From Octopus vulgaris (Eukaryota), in assembly GCA_951406725.2 (NCBI GenBank), contig OX597818.1, positions 16,306,001 through 16,370,000 on the forward strand: a DNA stretch of 64,000 bases. Direction: 5' to 3'. This document shows positions 1 through 13,639 of the stretch, piece after piece. Made by a program: the position numbers and the translations under genes. Position 1 is the first letter of the stretch. Each line of letters begins with the position of its first letter. The notes beneath the pieces are model-generated. The model did not search any database. It had not been told where the DNA came from and was given only the letters and a program-made list of their open reading frames with translations.

Positions 1-599
1 AACACGCATTGAGTCGAAACAGGGGCAGCTGAAGAAGGGGGATGTTCCTTGTGTTGTTTGTCTTGTACTCTGTTTCTTCGTTGTTAAAAAAAGTCCGTTT
101 CCTTGTTTGGTTTTATGTTTTCGTTTCTCGTTCTACGTTTATTTGTGGTGTCCTGTACTCATATATGCATGTATATATACATATAGATGTAGGTATGTAC
201 ATATATGTATGTATGTATGCATATGTTTTATTTATTAAATTGTTATTATATATATGCACACACATATATATCAGTAAACAAACAGGGAGTGCGTTGCTCT
301 ACATAGCTATATCAAGAGTTGAATAGAAAGAACACAACAAAAATTTAACGAAAACACAGCAAACAGAAAACTAAGGAAACCGTGACAAGAGGAAAACCAG
401 ACGAAAACATAACCAACGGAAAATTTGACAAAAACACGAAGCATCGAAAATTCGTAACCGATTTCCTCATCAGTGAATGTCCAAATTATCCTGGTGGTTT
501 CTCTCTTTGTGTCAAAAAATGACTACTAAATATTACTTATATCAGCGCTTAAATTTATTTTAAAAAGGATACATTGGCTATAATAATTTCGAGTAGACA

Positions 600-1620
600 T
601 TACGCCTTTGTAGACAGGATAGTGGTCGGAGATGGAACATTTTGTACAATAGAACTACTTGTTCAAAGTTACTTTTCAGCTAAACAATAGCAACAATACC
701 AACGACGGTGACCACAACAACAGCAATAACAATAGTAAGAATTGTTTTCTTACCTTTTCTGAGCGAGTCACTTTCGTTTTCCTGATTTCGTTTGTTCGTT
801 TTCCTGATTAAACTAAATGTGCGATAAGATAGTTGGTCTGCACTATAACAACTAGATAACGACAATGCTCTCTGAGTATATTAGTCGCAAACAACTTGCA
901 GAAAGGAGTACTAACAGTTAGATGTCACAGACGCCAGTTAATAGCTGGTGTATGAGGTCATCAAGAGAGAAGGCACATCGCTCTGAGAACTTTCTTTCGC
1001 TGGTGTTATTTCACATTGACCCCACTTACAGAGATAAGGCCCCGCTTACTAGAGCAACTGTTTCATGTGGTATTCTTCTAGCCACTTAGTATAAAGGGAG
1101 GGAGATATGTGTAAGAATGTATTTACATAGGTAGGCGTGTATATGTCTGCATGTCGTGAGTGTATGTATGCATATATGGGCACACACACACACTCATATA
1201 TATGTGTGTGTAAACGCTCTAAATTAGGTCATATTTAGGCGATGTATATAATTAAGGCTAAAGTATCTTCCTGGTTGCTAACAAAAATTTAATTAGCCTT
1301 TGCTATTTAATTGAAATAATACTGTTTTTTAAACAATGGCGGTGAAACTTAATAGACATTTTCAATGTTTCAGAATATTAGGCACCTGAAACATTGAAAA
1401 TGTCTATTAAGTTTCACCGTATTATTTCTATTAAATAGCAAAGGCTAATTAAATTTTTGTTAGCAGCCAGGAAGATACTTCAGCCTTAGTTATATGCAAT
1501 GCCTAAATAGAGCGTTTACTCACAGTTATAGAACGATAATACACACATAATAACGTTTTAGAATGCATTCTAAATATACGAGGTGGTATCAAAATATTCC
1601 CGGACTAGTTATCTTCTTAT
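600..1620 (-). promoter_or_regulatory. Third copy of the upstream block, probably belonging to a paralogue left of the window
   Basis: About 1 kb collinear with 15400-16680. Minus-strand AG|GTAAG at 753-749 and GTAAGT at 1029-1024. Confidence 0.55.
1210..1519. repeat. ~310-bp fold-back palindrome
   Basis: gtaaacgctct...tttcag [12-nt loop, 1374-1385] ctgaaa...agagcgtttac. Confidence 0.92.
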
Positions 1621-1974
1621 ATAATAACACGTTTAGTGTGACCCTGTCTTTCACGCTGTACGCTGTAGGTAAAAAAATAGTAAAACAACACACGAAGTGG
1701 CAGTGAGTGGTAGTCAGAGATGCTAAAGCAGAAAGACAATATTTAAAGGCTCTACTCGGAAGACGCTAGGGAAAGACGAGTGACAGTCTGAGGCGACGAC
1801 AGTCAGAGGTGAGCTCTGAATTCCCCACAATGAAAATGAAATCAAATTTACATCGTAAATTATATCTCTCGATTTCACAAGCACACACACACACACACGC
1901 ACACATTTACACATACACACACGCATTTGTATGCACACGCATAGATTTACATACATAGGTATGTGCATGTATGA

Positions 1975-2007
<33 letters not shown>

Positions 2008-2621
2008 AGGTTTTGGTATCCAGAAGACCTAAGATGGTAAGTAAGGCTATGAAAGTGCTATAGAAGGATAATAGACCTCCGGTCCGATAATATATATTTT
2101 AAACAGCGATACGCTGCACATCTCAATTCTTTTAGAGATGAGAAACACAGTAAACCCACAACCCACGCCAGTCGCATACATCATCACAAAAATAGGAATA
2201 TTACATATAACTTATGATGGTCCATAATAGATTCAGGGCTTTCATACCAAGGTCACGCTCAGCCTGCAAGTTATATCTAAAAGAAGCATTCAACATATTA
2301 AAGCATAACTTTTCAATACTACTAAATAAATATAACGAGGCCCTAGGTACATACAACCACCGCTTTTTTTCATACATTCAAATTTTACCTCAGATCTAAA
2401 TGCAACCTAAATCACTACACTGTACATATATCGAACACCCTTTAGACAATCTCCAGCAGCCCAATTCGACTTTCCAATGTCTTAATTTTTTAACTTTTCA
2501 ATTTTTTTATTGTTTAACTATAAATTTTAAACAGCAATACCATGCGCATCACAGTTCTTTTAGATTGGTTTCCGGTATGCGGAAATTTAGATTGGTAGCA
2601 CTTGCACAAAGTTGTTTGCAA

Positions 2622-2685
<64 letters not shown>

Positions 2686-2892
2686 TTGAAGTAGATAAAT
2701 GAATTATCTTATTACGGATAATTCAAATGATAACCGATACCTGGTTAGCAAAAATCACAACAGAAAAGGCACGGTTGGGGTTACGACCATGGGGCCTAAA
2801 ATCCGTGCCTTAGTGCGGAAATTTGAAGTTTTATATATTTAGTGTAGGAAGAAATGGAGCTGAACGAAGATTTAACAAAATTCCTTTTTATT

Positions 2893-2978
2893 ATTTTCTA
2901 CATATGTTTCAAAGGTTGCAAAGTCCCTAATTCGGATTGAATAAGGAGTCCATTTTGCAGCCTTCTCTTCAGGAAAAT
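2893..2978 (-). ncRNA. Type-I hammerhead ribozyme motif
   Basis: Minus strand: ATTTTC CTGAAGA GAAGGCTGCAAA..TTTGCAACCTTT GAAA CATATG TA GAAAAT. Complete core, 6-bp stem I, long stem II, palindromic stem III and GUA cleavage triplet. Confidence 0.8.
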
Positions 2979-3756
2979 CTAGGAACTTAATTCTCCAACA
3001 AAATGCACAGCAAACTTTTCGACAAAACGCTCACGAGGAGCCCATGGAATAAATGGCACAAACTGTCTATCTTTATGCGTTGACGCCAGGTTGGGTGAAA
3101 GCAGACGAGAAGGTCCGTTGAGATAATACAAGGTCAAAATCCGGTTAGCAGAAGGGGAGTACAGGAAAATGAAAGAGTGTGAATGTATTCTGTATGACTG
3201 GTGTTAATATTTGAATTATTTTAAGAATGAGTGCTAGAGCGTTTGAGTGTGAGAAATTGCTTTCATGTATGTGTGTGTGCGTCTATGTATGTGTGGCAGT
3301 GTGTTTCGAAGGCAGCAAGAGAGAGAGATATATATAGCAGGTATTAATGGTCAAGCAACAGAAAAGACTGTGTCTGTGTGTTCGTCTGTAACGACTTGAT
3401 AGAGAGAGGGGGTGTCACAATGGTCATGGCAGGATACAGTGCTGCTGTCAGGGATGTCAGCAGTTCTAGACAACTAGCAGTTCTTATAATAACAGGGGAG
3501 TGATATCCCCTTACAAATTTAATTCAAATTTTTTTCCAATTTTCTTAGGAAATCAAGGGGTTAACTATATTAGACTTCATTGGTATGAGAGAAATGTATG
3601 CCTTTTCCAGTGGGGGCATCTGAAAGAATTTTGCACAATCGAGTTAACAAGGTGCCCTCGGGCGAACAAAATATGAAAGAGTTCCGAGTTACAAAGAGCA
3701 CAGATTTTTTTGCCCTTATCAAACGGTAAAATAACTAATCCACCCGGCTATGATTA

Positions 3757-3839
3757 ACTATATACGCGTTTCGGAGCTAGACAGATGTGAAAAATGTAAA
3801 ATCATATTTCCACTCTATCATTCTCCTCTTCAGTACAGT
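3757..3839 (-). ncRNA. Type-I hammerhead ribozyme motif
   Basis: Minus strand: ACTGTA CTGAAGA GGAG..CTCC GAAA CGCG TA TATAGT. Confidence 0.75.
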
Positions 3840-4099
3840 AATTCAAGATTTTAAATTTGAGAGCAGCACTGCAAAAATTAAACATGCCTTATCTGACCAG
3901 GCGACATCAGACAACATACATCTAACGACCAGTACTTCCGAATTCAAACAGAATTATGCTCATAATTATAAAATTGTATGTATCGAAACATTTGTAACGA
4001 TTAAAAAGTTGCCTAACCATACTTACTCTTCCTTTTGACTCTTTTAATTTTTACTTACTCTTCCTTTTGACTCTTTTAATTTTTACTTTTATATATATA

Positions 4100-4770
4100 T
4101 ATCATGGTGCGATACGAACACTTAACGTGGTTTTTATAGTCAGAGTTTCGACTGCTATTTCGGCATGTTGGTGTCTCTTAGACACCCTCATTTTTAATTG
4201 TTAAAAATTATTACCTTTGTACGGTATTTTTCCCATGCTGGCCACTTGATAATATGGATACTTAAATATCGATATTATCCTCATATATAAATTTATATAA
4301 TTCGTTATTATATTCACTGCGGTGTTTATTTTAACCGTATCGTACTTATGGGATGATTTGGCGGGTAATGTAACTGGCCGCGTGAATACGTGCATATGTA
4401 TTTATGTATGAGCGTTCGTATATGTAAGTATATCGTTGGTTCTGCATATATATATCTGTATTTATGTACTCTTGATATATTCAACCGATGACGGTAAAGC
4501 TTATTTAAAGCAAAACCAGAAATCCTGGATCTTGAATTATTCAATAATTTTTGCTTGTATATTTTGTCCCTCTGTCTTATCTCATGGTGCGATACGAAAA
4601 CTTAACGTGGTTTTTATAGTCAGATTTTCGACTGCTATTTCGGCATGTTGGTGTCTCTTAGACACCCTCATTTTTAATTGTTAAAAATTATTACCTTTGT
4701 ACGGTATTTTTCCCATGCTGGCCACTTGATAATATGGATACTTAAATATCGATATTATCCTCATATATAA
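4100..4770. repeat. Element with ~190-bp direct terminal repeats (4100-4290 / 4580-4770)
   Basis: tcatggtgcgatacgaa...gatattatcctcatatataa is present twice, almost identically. Confidence 0.85.
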
Positions 4771-4785
4771 TATATATATATATAT

Positions 4786-4824
<39 letters not shown>

Positions 4825-4826
<2 letters not shown>

Positions 4827-4919
4827 CTTAGTTGGAAAAGGATGCGTGGCGTTCGCTCATAGAATAATATAAATAATATATAAATATATGCATATATACA
4901 TATAGATATATGTACATAC

Positions 4920-4992
<73 letters not shown>

Positions 4993-5940
4993 CATATATG
5001 GGTACAAGACATAAAAACGTAGACACAATGAGAAACGAAAACATTAAAAACAAAAACACAGAAAACGAACTTTTTTCGAACAACGAAAAAAAAAACAAAC
5101 AGAGAAACGAGACATGCAGCATAAAGAACATTCTCTTCATCAGTTGTCCCCCGTTTAATCTACTCCACGTTGCGAAGGTAAGGACAATACGCAACTTCGT
5201 TAAAACAGTCCTTCCCGCAAAGCAAATTAATTGAAATTTGAGATTTTTTGCGGAAGGTGAAAGTGGTAAAAAAAAACAGGACACTGAGAACAAGACAGTA
5301 AAAACAAAAAGTGAGGGCTATTAAGCCAAGACGATGTGAAGATTATGAACGCTAGAAAAACGAAGTTTGAGAAGAGACAGGTAAAAGCACGACTTGTCTT
5401 TAGGAAGGAAGTGGAAGAAAGATAGATGGCCTTTCGTCATGTGTCAGCGACGTGAGAGTCAAGGAGGAAGAGTGAGATAGAGAGAGAGGGAACGGTGAAG
5501 GGGAGAGGAGAAGAGTAGGGAAAGGGTGGGAGAGAAAAACAGAAAAGAAGAACAAGAGAGGGAGATAGATAGACAGCGAAGAGATAGAATAAGAGTGCGC
5601 GTCATAATTATTAAGATAAAACTTATTTGGAAAAGGATGTGTGGCGTTCGTTCATATAATAATATAAATAATATATAAATATATACATATATGTACATAC
5701 CTACATATATATGTATATATACATGCATATATGGATACAGGAAATCAAAAAAGCGTAGACACAATGAGAAACGAAAACATAAAACAAAAACAGAAAACAA
5801 ACTTTTTTTCGAACAACAAAAAACAAACAAACAGAGAAACGAGACATGCAAAATAAGTTTTCCCCTGTTTTGTCTACTCCGCGTTTCGAAAGTAAGGACA
5901 ATACGCGACTTCGTTAGAACAATCCTTCCTGCAAAGCATC
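4825..5940. repeat. Direct repeat pair 4825-5225 / 5620-5937, Penelope pLTR-like (related inverted piece at 1-250)
   Basis: Shared ttggaaaaggatg..ggcgttcg, agaaacgagacatgca and gtaaggacaatacgc..cttcgtta; decayed hammerhead-like core. Confidence 0.65.
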
Positions 5941-6267
5941 GTCTTGGTTTAACAACCGTCACGTTTGCTTTTACTGTCTTGTTCTCACTGTCCTGTTTTT
6001 GTTACCACTTTCGCTCTCCACAATAAAACCCAAATTTTATTTAATTTGCTTTTTTTACCTGTTCAAAGTATGTTTTTACCTTTTCATATTATATTCGCTA
6101 TCTGTTATCTTCTTCTTCTTCTTCTTCTTCTTCTTCTTCTTCTTCTTCTTCTTCTTCTTCTTCTTCTTCTTCTTCTTCTTCTTCTTCTTCTTCTTCTTCT
6201 TCTACTACGTCTTCTTTTTCTTCTTCTTCTCACTGCTATTACTCTTATTATTGTTATTATTATTATT

Positions 6268-6790
6268 GTGTGAGAGGGCAGTGCATGTCATCAAAGTGAC
6301 ACTAGAGTAAAATATATGAAGCCCAGTATACTCATCATGACTATCCGTCTAATAAGGGTACAGTAGGCACATGCATCATACCCATATGTGCGTGACATGA
6401 TAATCTCATATCAAGATAAGCAGTGCATGACCTTGCAGGTGGGACTCAGAATTTTCTTCAGGTCGAGTAGCCCATCCGCTTAAAAGGTCCCTGAATAAGG
6501 AACGAAACACCCATGTTTCCAGAAGTGAATTATTCAAACCCCAAAGAATTCCTCTAAACACATGGCTATGATGCTCCCCCACTACTTCTGCTCATGATCA
6601 GAGATGCAAATATCGCCAGCCATTAATGGACATGTTCAACTGGTTGGGGTCAAAGAACTGACAAGGAAATCTGTGGTATTGAGGAGAATATTTGCTGTAG
6701 CCCATTTTTATACCAAGACAAAACAATGTTCTTGATAACACTTCCAATCAGATAAGATCAGAAGCCATGAGAATCACTGCCTAGTACTGC
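6268..6790 (-). mobile_element. Non-coding TAA-flanked retroposon, copy 3
   Basis: Reverse complement of 28836-29325 plus ~55 bp more at its 5' end. (TTA)n on both sides. Confidence 0.75.
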
Positions 6791-7094
6791 ATATTATTAT
6801 TATTATTATTCAGTAGTTTTATTTTTATAATATGCTTTCACTGCATTACCGAGTTCTTAGTTATTTCTTTCTTAAGAAGTCTTTGATACTAAGGAATGCT
6901 TATATTACCAAGGATACCTGTTTTTTTTTTTGCATAAACCAGTGCGCCTTTCTTCCTTAGTACTTTTATAATAGAGTGTAATTTCCTTAGAGGTTCCTTT
7001 CTAGGTAGAGGGAATTTATTACGGTTAATAAATTTAATATTCTTGACTATATACTTAGCAACCTGATTTGAAAAGGTAAATTGTAAAATTTACC

Positions 7095-7115
7095 TTTATA
7101 TATATACACACACAC

Positions 7116-7158
<43 letters not shown>

Positions 7159-7422
7159 GTATATATATATATGAATATATATATGTATATGTATATATAT
7201 TTACATATATATATATATGTATGTATATGCATATATATATATATGTATACATATATATGTACATATATATATATATGTGTGTGTGTGTGTCGATATATAT
7301 ATGGACGTGTATATATATGTATATATGAATATGTATGTATATATATGTATGCATATATATATATTTATATATATATATGTCTACATCTATATATATATAG
7401 TATACGTACATGTATAAATGCA

Positions 7423-7487
<65 letters not shown>
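7095..7487. repeat. Imperfect (TA)n microsatellite, one of many TA/CA/GA tracts in the window
   Basis: Directly visible. Confidence 0.95.
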
Positions 7488-7493
<6 letters not shown>

Positions 7494-8015
7494 CTAAACT
7501 GTACGTACGCTGCCATATGTATATATAAAAAGGAATACAAAAAAGGACAACAAAACATCCAGACAGATTAAACAAAAGAGGGACACGAAAAAAACACGGA
7601 CGGGTCATTCGAAATTCGATTGAGGAAAGAAAACATTGAATGACCTGTCTGTGTTTTTTCTTCTCCCTCTTTTGTATCATCTGAGTGGATGTTTTGCATT
7701 CTTTTCCCGTTTTTTGTATTCCTCTCGCTCTCTCTATGTATATATATATTAATTTAATAATTAACAAATTTCACTATGTAGCTACGGTATGGAAAAAAAA
7801 CCATAATCGGTAAAAACTTATACAAAAAGCTTTTTTATAATTATACATATAATTAAGTGTTTAGCAAAAAGTTGCTTTACCACATACCGAAAATTTAGAA
7901 ATAGCAGTTAAAAACCGCTAATTCTTTTAAGTACAATATATCTCCATAGACCGCAATACTTGTAACTCACATAGGCAACAAGGAAAAAAATTGAAATCAA
8001 CCAGTCTTACGATTA

Positions 8016-8072
8016 ATCATGTACGCGTTTCGGGATTAGAATTTTAAAATTTATTTCCCTCATCAGCATGAT
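8016..8072 (-). ncRNA. Type-I hammerhead ribozyme motif
   Basis: Minus strand: ATCATG CTGATGA GGGA..TCCC GAAA CGCG TA CATGAT. Confidence 0.82.
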
Positions 8073-8191
8073 AATTCAAGATTATAAATTTGAAAATGCT
8101 AAACCTACCCTTTGCATCCTCGATCAAGCGACATCGAAACATAACATAAGATAGAACAGCACTTCCGGATTTATATAAATTTATATAAATT

Positions 8192-8652
8192 TAGAATGTC
8201 TTACAGCTGTTTCCGGGATATTTTATATAACCCTTCATCGGAGACGGTGTGAGAAAATGGTTACACAATAGTTAATTTGGATAAGATATGAAATAGTGAG
8301 TGAAGTGAAGCAATGAAAATAGACGTGAGATATGCATGGATATTGCATCTGTAGATCCATTATTTAGGCAGAATGGTATACATATAAGATTTCAATACCT
8401 TGTGAGTAAGTTCCAACAGTACTTAATACTGTTGGAACTTACAAGGTATTGGAATCTTATATGTATACCATTCTGTCTAAACAATGGATCTACAGATGCA
8501 ATATCCATGTATATCTTACAACTATTTTCATTCCTCCACTTCACTCTCTATTTCATATCTTATCTAAATTAACTATTGCTTAACCATTTTCTCGCATCGT
8601 CTCCGATTAAGGGATATATAAAATATCCCAGAAACAGCTGTAAGACATTCTA
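8192..8652. repeat. ~460-bp fold-back palindrome with hammerhead-like motifs in both arms
   Basis: Arms are reverse complements around aagttccaacagta-cttaa-tactgttggaactt (~8408-8440). Confidence 0.9.
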
Positions 8653-10715
8653 TTTATAAATGTTCTAAAATCTTTCATAGCCTTGGATTTTTATCTCATT
8701 CTGAAAATTATATATATCTTAGGTCCTGGTAGGGTATAAAGGTATTGTATCTCCTAAGGAGGCCTTAATGGACGACCTGACACTTCTATCTATAGACAAG
8801 CAAATCTTGCAGAGTGCCCTCACGAGGCTAGACGAGCTGATAAAGTAATACAGGGTGCGATTTAGAGCAAAAAAGACACGTATTCTAACATTCTGGACTA
8901 TAAACATTGTCGGATTCCAGACTCATACCGAAATTCTTCAGGTGTAGAAAATCCCGGTTTCATGACCTTAAAAACGTTGTGTGGGTGTGCTGAAGAGTAA
9001 ATTATAATACAAACAAGAAAACGAATAAATCATTTAATTCACCTTTAATGATACGTTACAATTGTTTTTGACTAACTTTTCTGTTAACAATTATTTACGT
9101 AAATAATTCGAAGTTAAAATTTGTGTAACGTTTGCGGCTTTAGACATTCGAGTTGCACTTCGTCAGACTTGCATCAAAGGTGTGGCTCTTACGTTTTGCG
9201 TCGTCCAGACATGGCATTTTTTTTTTTGCTTATATCGGGAGGAAACGAAAAGTGGATAGAAGTATTGTTAGACGGTGAATAATTAGTATAGAGATCATGA
9301 GAGAAGGAGAAAAAGGAAAAATAACAAGAACTACGGACATTAATAAATGAGGAAAAGACAATATATAGCAAACCAGTGTATCTGGACTAAAGATTCTCAG
9401 AATGGTCAGTCAATACAACATTATGACCGGTACAAAAATTCATTTGATGTGTGAGAAATTATTTCAGTTTAAGATTAAAAGTATGAGACGAATGAAACTG
9501 ATGACAATGGTAAGAACTATTGCCAGAATTACTTTAATTGAAAAGTGGTCAAAAAAGTTATAATCTATGTTAGTTTTGAACGAATATAGCTTAGATAAAT
9601 TGATGATATATAAAATAGAGAAAATAGAGGAGATATAGGAAAATCAATTTGAAATTTAAAATTTTAGTATGTCCAAGAGCAGTGGCATAATTACAATAGC
9701 GAGTCGTATAAAATGTAGTAGATAAGATGCTTAGATTGAAAGTAAATACTTAGCTAGTAATATAGATATGACAGCCCTATAAAGCAGACTGTAATAAAAC
9801 ACGATCAAGGTAAAAAGGGATAAGATAAAATATATAATGTATTAAGTTTGAAGGTTAAGTATAAGAGTTTGGAATTAGCAGAAATAAAAATGTTATGTAA
9901 GTTATGCAGTAAGTTGCGAATTCTTTATAAATGGAATAGTAGATAAAGCCGTAGAGAGGGAAAATTGATAGTTAGCTAGTAATATGCATATAATGGGATT
10001 GGAGTAAAGCATAAATGTATGAAGTTTAAAATCATAAATTAACAAGCAAAATATAAAAAATTGTAAATTATAGATTGAAAGTGACATACATCTTGGAACA
10101 AATGGCCCATATACAATCACCTAAGAAGGCCTTAATGGATAACCTGGCACTTCTATCTATAGACAAGCAAATCATACAGAGTGCCCTTACGAGGCTAGAT
10201 GAGCTGATGAAGCAATAAAGGATGCGATTTAGAGCAAAAAAGACACGTATTCTAACATTTATTAAGGCAGTGAAAAAATTAAATTAAAATTTAAAATAGC
10301 AAGAGAAAGTATCCCAACAGTTAAAGAAGAACACGTAAAGAGCTTGGAGTGTATATAGGCTGGAACATTGCCAGAGAAGAGTTGCGGGATACAGATAATG
10401 AAAAATCCGGATGTAGACTAACAGCAATTGATGAATCAAACTACTAGGGATGTAAAATATGGCGTTTTCATTTCGGCTTATATGTGCGACCTTCGTGGCC
10501 ACTTTTAATATACGAGGTGGTACTATCACGAGTTCAAATCATTGAATAAAAGTGCAATGTATTCATTAGAACAGCTCAGCTCTTTATCGTAAAAGAGGCA
10601 CGTTGCAGTTACCACTGACATCAACAGTCGAAATTTATAAAACAGGGAAGATGCGAACAGTAATGATGCTAAGAGTATCGAGGGAGCTAAAAATCAGGCG
10701 TAATCTATCAGATTA

Positions 10716-12975
10716 CTATGCACAGTAGTTAAAAGCGATGGAATAATTTCTGGAATATTGGAATAGTTTCAGTTTTCGAAAAATATTATTGATTTCATAA
10801 CTTGCTCTCGGATTCATTTCATTTTCCAAATGTTTTGTTTCAATAACATTGTCTAACAGAGGTTGCTTAAAAGGAAATTTAGTAGTAATTTTCGACAAAA
10901 ATTTAGGTATCGCAGAAGTCACCAATATCAAGGCAATCCGTGTGAATGTTGATAGACCCAAATCCTTTCGACTTATTATGTTATTGCAAGCAAAGAAAAA
11001 AAATACGATTAGAAATAGTTTTACAATGGATTTACCAATCTCGTGTCTCAAAGGACAGTGTTTGTTAACGATTACTTTAAACAACTTGGCTTTAATGAAT
11101 TCCTCTCCACATATTGACAGAACTAAATCTGGGTGAACAGGTTTGGTTAACTGTATAAATTCAACAAGAAATACGTAGCTTCAAATAAAATGCCCATGCT
11201 ATATGAATTGGCAATGACATCAACGATAAAATATATAACTGCAAATGATTTGAAAACTCACAAGACTAGCGAATAAAATTCATGCTATAGAGCAAGGTAA
11301 AATATACACTTTGAAATAACTTTTAATGGTAAAGTTAGAATCAAATATACGAAGGGGATTCCGTAATAAACGAGACACAGAAGAAATTCGCAGATAGAAA
11401 ATACAGCAAATAAAATCACAATAAAAGGAAAAAATATAAATTTTGGAACATTTTCATCCCATTTTTTTTATACGTTTAATCCAAGTACTAAATAGTAAGT
11501 ACCAGAAATCTGGGTTTGCAGCAACAGAAATATTAGCTTTCATTATTGCAAGGAGTCGATCATAATCCTGAAGTGCAGTAACATTCAAATTACCATACTC
11601 CATTAAAATTTTTTTATCTTTAATGAGAAATGTGCAAGTGGATTCTTGATATAATGCATTATAAGCAATAGCGTCACTTACACGACTGAGAAGAACTAAG
11701 AGAATAAAGTTAACAATTATGTAACTGATTATCCCAACAATATGATTCAAAACAAAACTACCTGAAAGTTCATTACGTTTCGGGATTCCTAGAATGGAGG
11801 AGCGATAACCCAACGGAATACGATCGTGTGAAAATATTGTCAACGTTTCATATAAAAATAAGTAATACAGTAATAGATCCAGGAGAATTTCTGAGAGAGA
11901 AAGCAGAATAAGAAAGCCTCTTCCTAGTCTTGAAACAACAGTAGTCGAATAATGAAAGCAAAATAACCACGATGAAAAAATGAGAAAAACTGCAAATATC
12001 ATGTTTTACACAAATCCATTCCAATTTGTCTGGCAATGTGTGTTCAATTGTAAATTCATCGTGATGTAATTGTTGCTTGTTAGATTCAGGGGAATCTGGC
12101 GATGCGTGTTCAATTGACAAGACGACTTCCTCGTCAGCTGATTGTTACTGGTTAGGTTCACTGGAATTTGGTGATGTGTTTTTAGTTGGCAAAGAGTGGT
12201 TAGCTGATAGTGGTAATTTAGCTTCTGATACAAAACTGATGAATAATGGAAATATAACCCACAGAACTGCTCCAACAATATTTGCACAATTGTCAAACAT
12301 ACTATTTTCAATGATATTTCCAGAACAAATGGATTTCGATTCGTAAGTGTGCTTATCATTTTCATGTAGTTCACAGCAATGGTTCTTCAGTATCTCCCGA
12401 TTTATACCCAATCTTCTCTATGTTGATAACGTAGAAAGGCTGTTATTCCTCAAGCGACGCGACAAATTTATAAAAAAACACATATATCCAGATTCTCCCA
12501 TCTGCAAGTTATCGATAAATACGATTCTCTTTAATTCTTCGAAAATCAAACTTACCGAATCGTATCTCCGAATATTTTGTTTTCCACTATTTATATCGAC
12601 AACAATATTTAGAGAAGCAATGTAAAAGTCTAATATATTAAATTAATGAACTGAAAAATCAAAGAGGACATTTTTATACATTACTAAACCATCTGGTTTA
12701 TCTGGAATCCACATGAAATGCCTCGCATTTGCAAAATAATCCAGTGGTACAGGATTGAGAAGATCATCGAGCTTTTTATCAGCTATATGGACTTCAAAAT
12801 TGAAAACCAGTTTGCCTGATTTTACTAACCGAGTTAAATTTTGACTGACATTAGGAGAAATTTTAATTTCACAATTATTTTCGAGGTTTTCCGCTTGTAT
12901 GTTAATGATTGATGTCAGTGAGATAATAATGGTGATTGATAAAAGAAGTGCTTTTACAATTTTCATGACTGCCGT
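10716..12975 (-). pseudogene. Paralogue A of the same membrane-protein family, disabled
   Basis: ORF pieces 12643-12966, 12145-12411, 11848-12120, 11454-12002 and 10716-11084 match paralogues B and C in order. First ATG is ACG (12973-12975); in-frame stops at 12643-45 (TAA), 12418-20 (TAG) and 12145-47 (TAA); frameshift near 11975; deletions around 11150-11450. Confidence 0.88.
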
Positions 12976-13529
12976 ATTCAGTTATCTGTAATAAAGAAAA
13001 ATTGAACACATAAACAAATGAAGGGTTAATTTTATTTGGCTTATTTCGTAACTATTTGAATTTGAGAATATTTATTCAAAACCGAAGTTAAATGTCTTGT
13101 AGATTATTTAGTTTAGTTTTTGTTCATAATTTCGCTGAGATATTTTCGCATCAATACTTTGACACTTCCTCCCTTGAAGATTAATATTTAGATTTCTTTG
13201 AGTAAAAAAAAAATATACATTTTATATGGTATTTGATGGTTCTTAGAAGCTGGCAGAATTGTTTACATGCCGGATAAAATGCTTTGTGGTGTTTTGTCTG
13301 TCTTTATATACTTCAAATTTCGCTGAGGTCGTCTTATCCGTTCGGAGTCGATAAAAACTTCTTTAACTATTTTCAGCCATTATACTGCAGCCCTGCTGGT
13401 GCCCACTTTGAGCTTTTAGTTGAATGAATCGACCCCAATACTTAATTTTTAAGCCTGGTACTTATTTTATCGATCAATTTGCCGAGCCACAAACATCTCC
13501 CCACACACACATCCAACCCACGTAAGTAT

Positions 13530-13637
<108 letters not shown>

Positions 13638-13639
13638 TA

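Noticed and set aside
430-480. Hammerhead motifs at ~430-480, 5860-5925, 9120-9175 and CTGATGAAAC at ~43373
   Set aside because: GAAA core or stems are missing or broken.
4742-7767. ORFs rich in YI, CV, poly-L or poly-F (also at 24356, 27509, 33025, 49732-50558 and others)
   Set aside because: They are translations of microsatellites, not genes.
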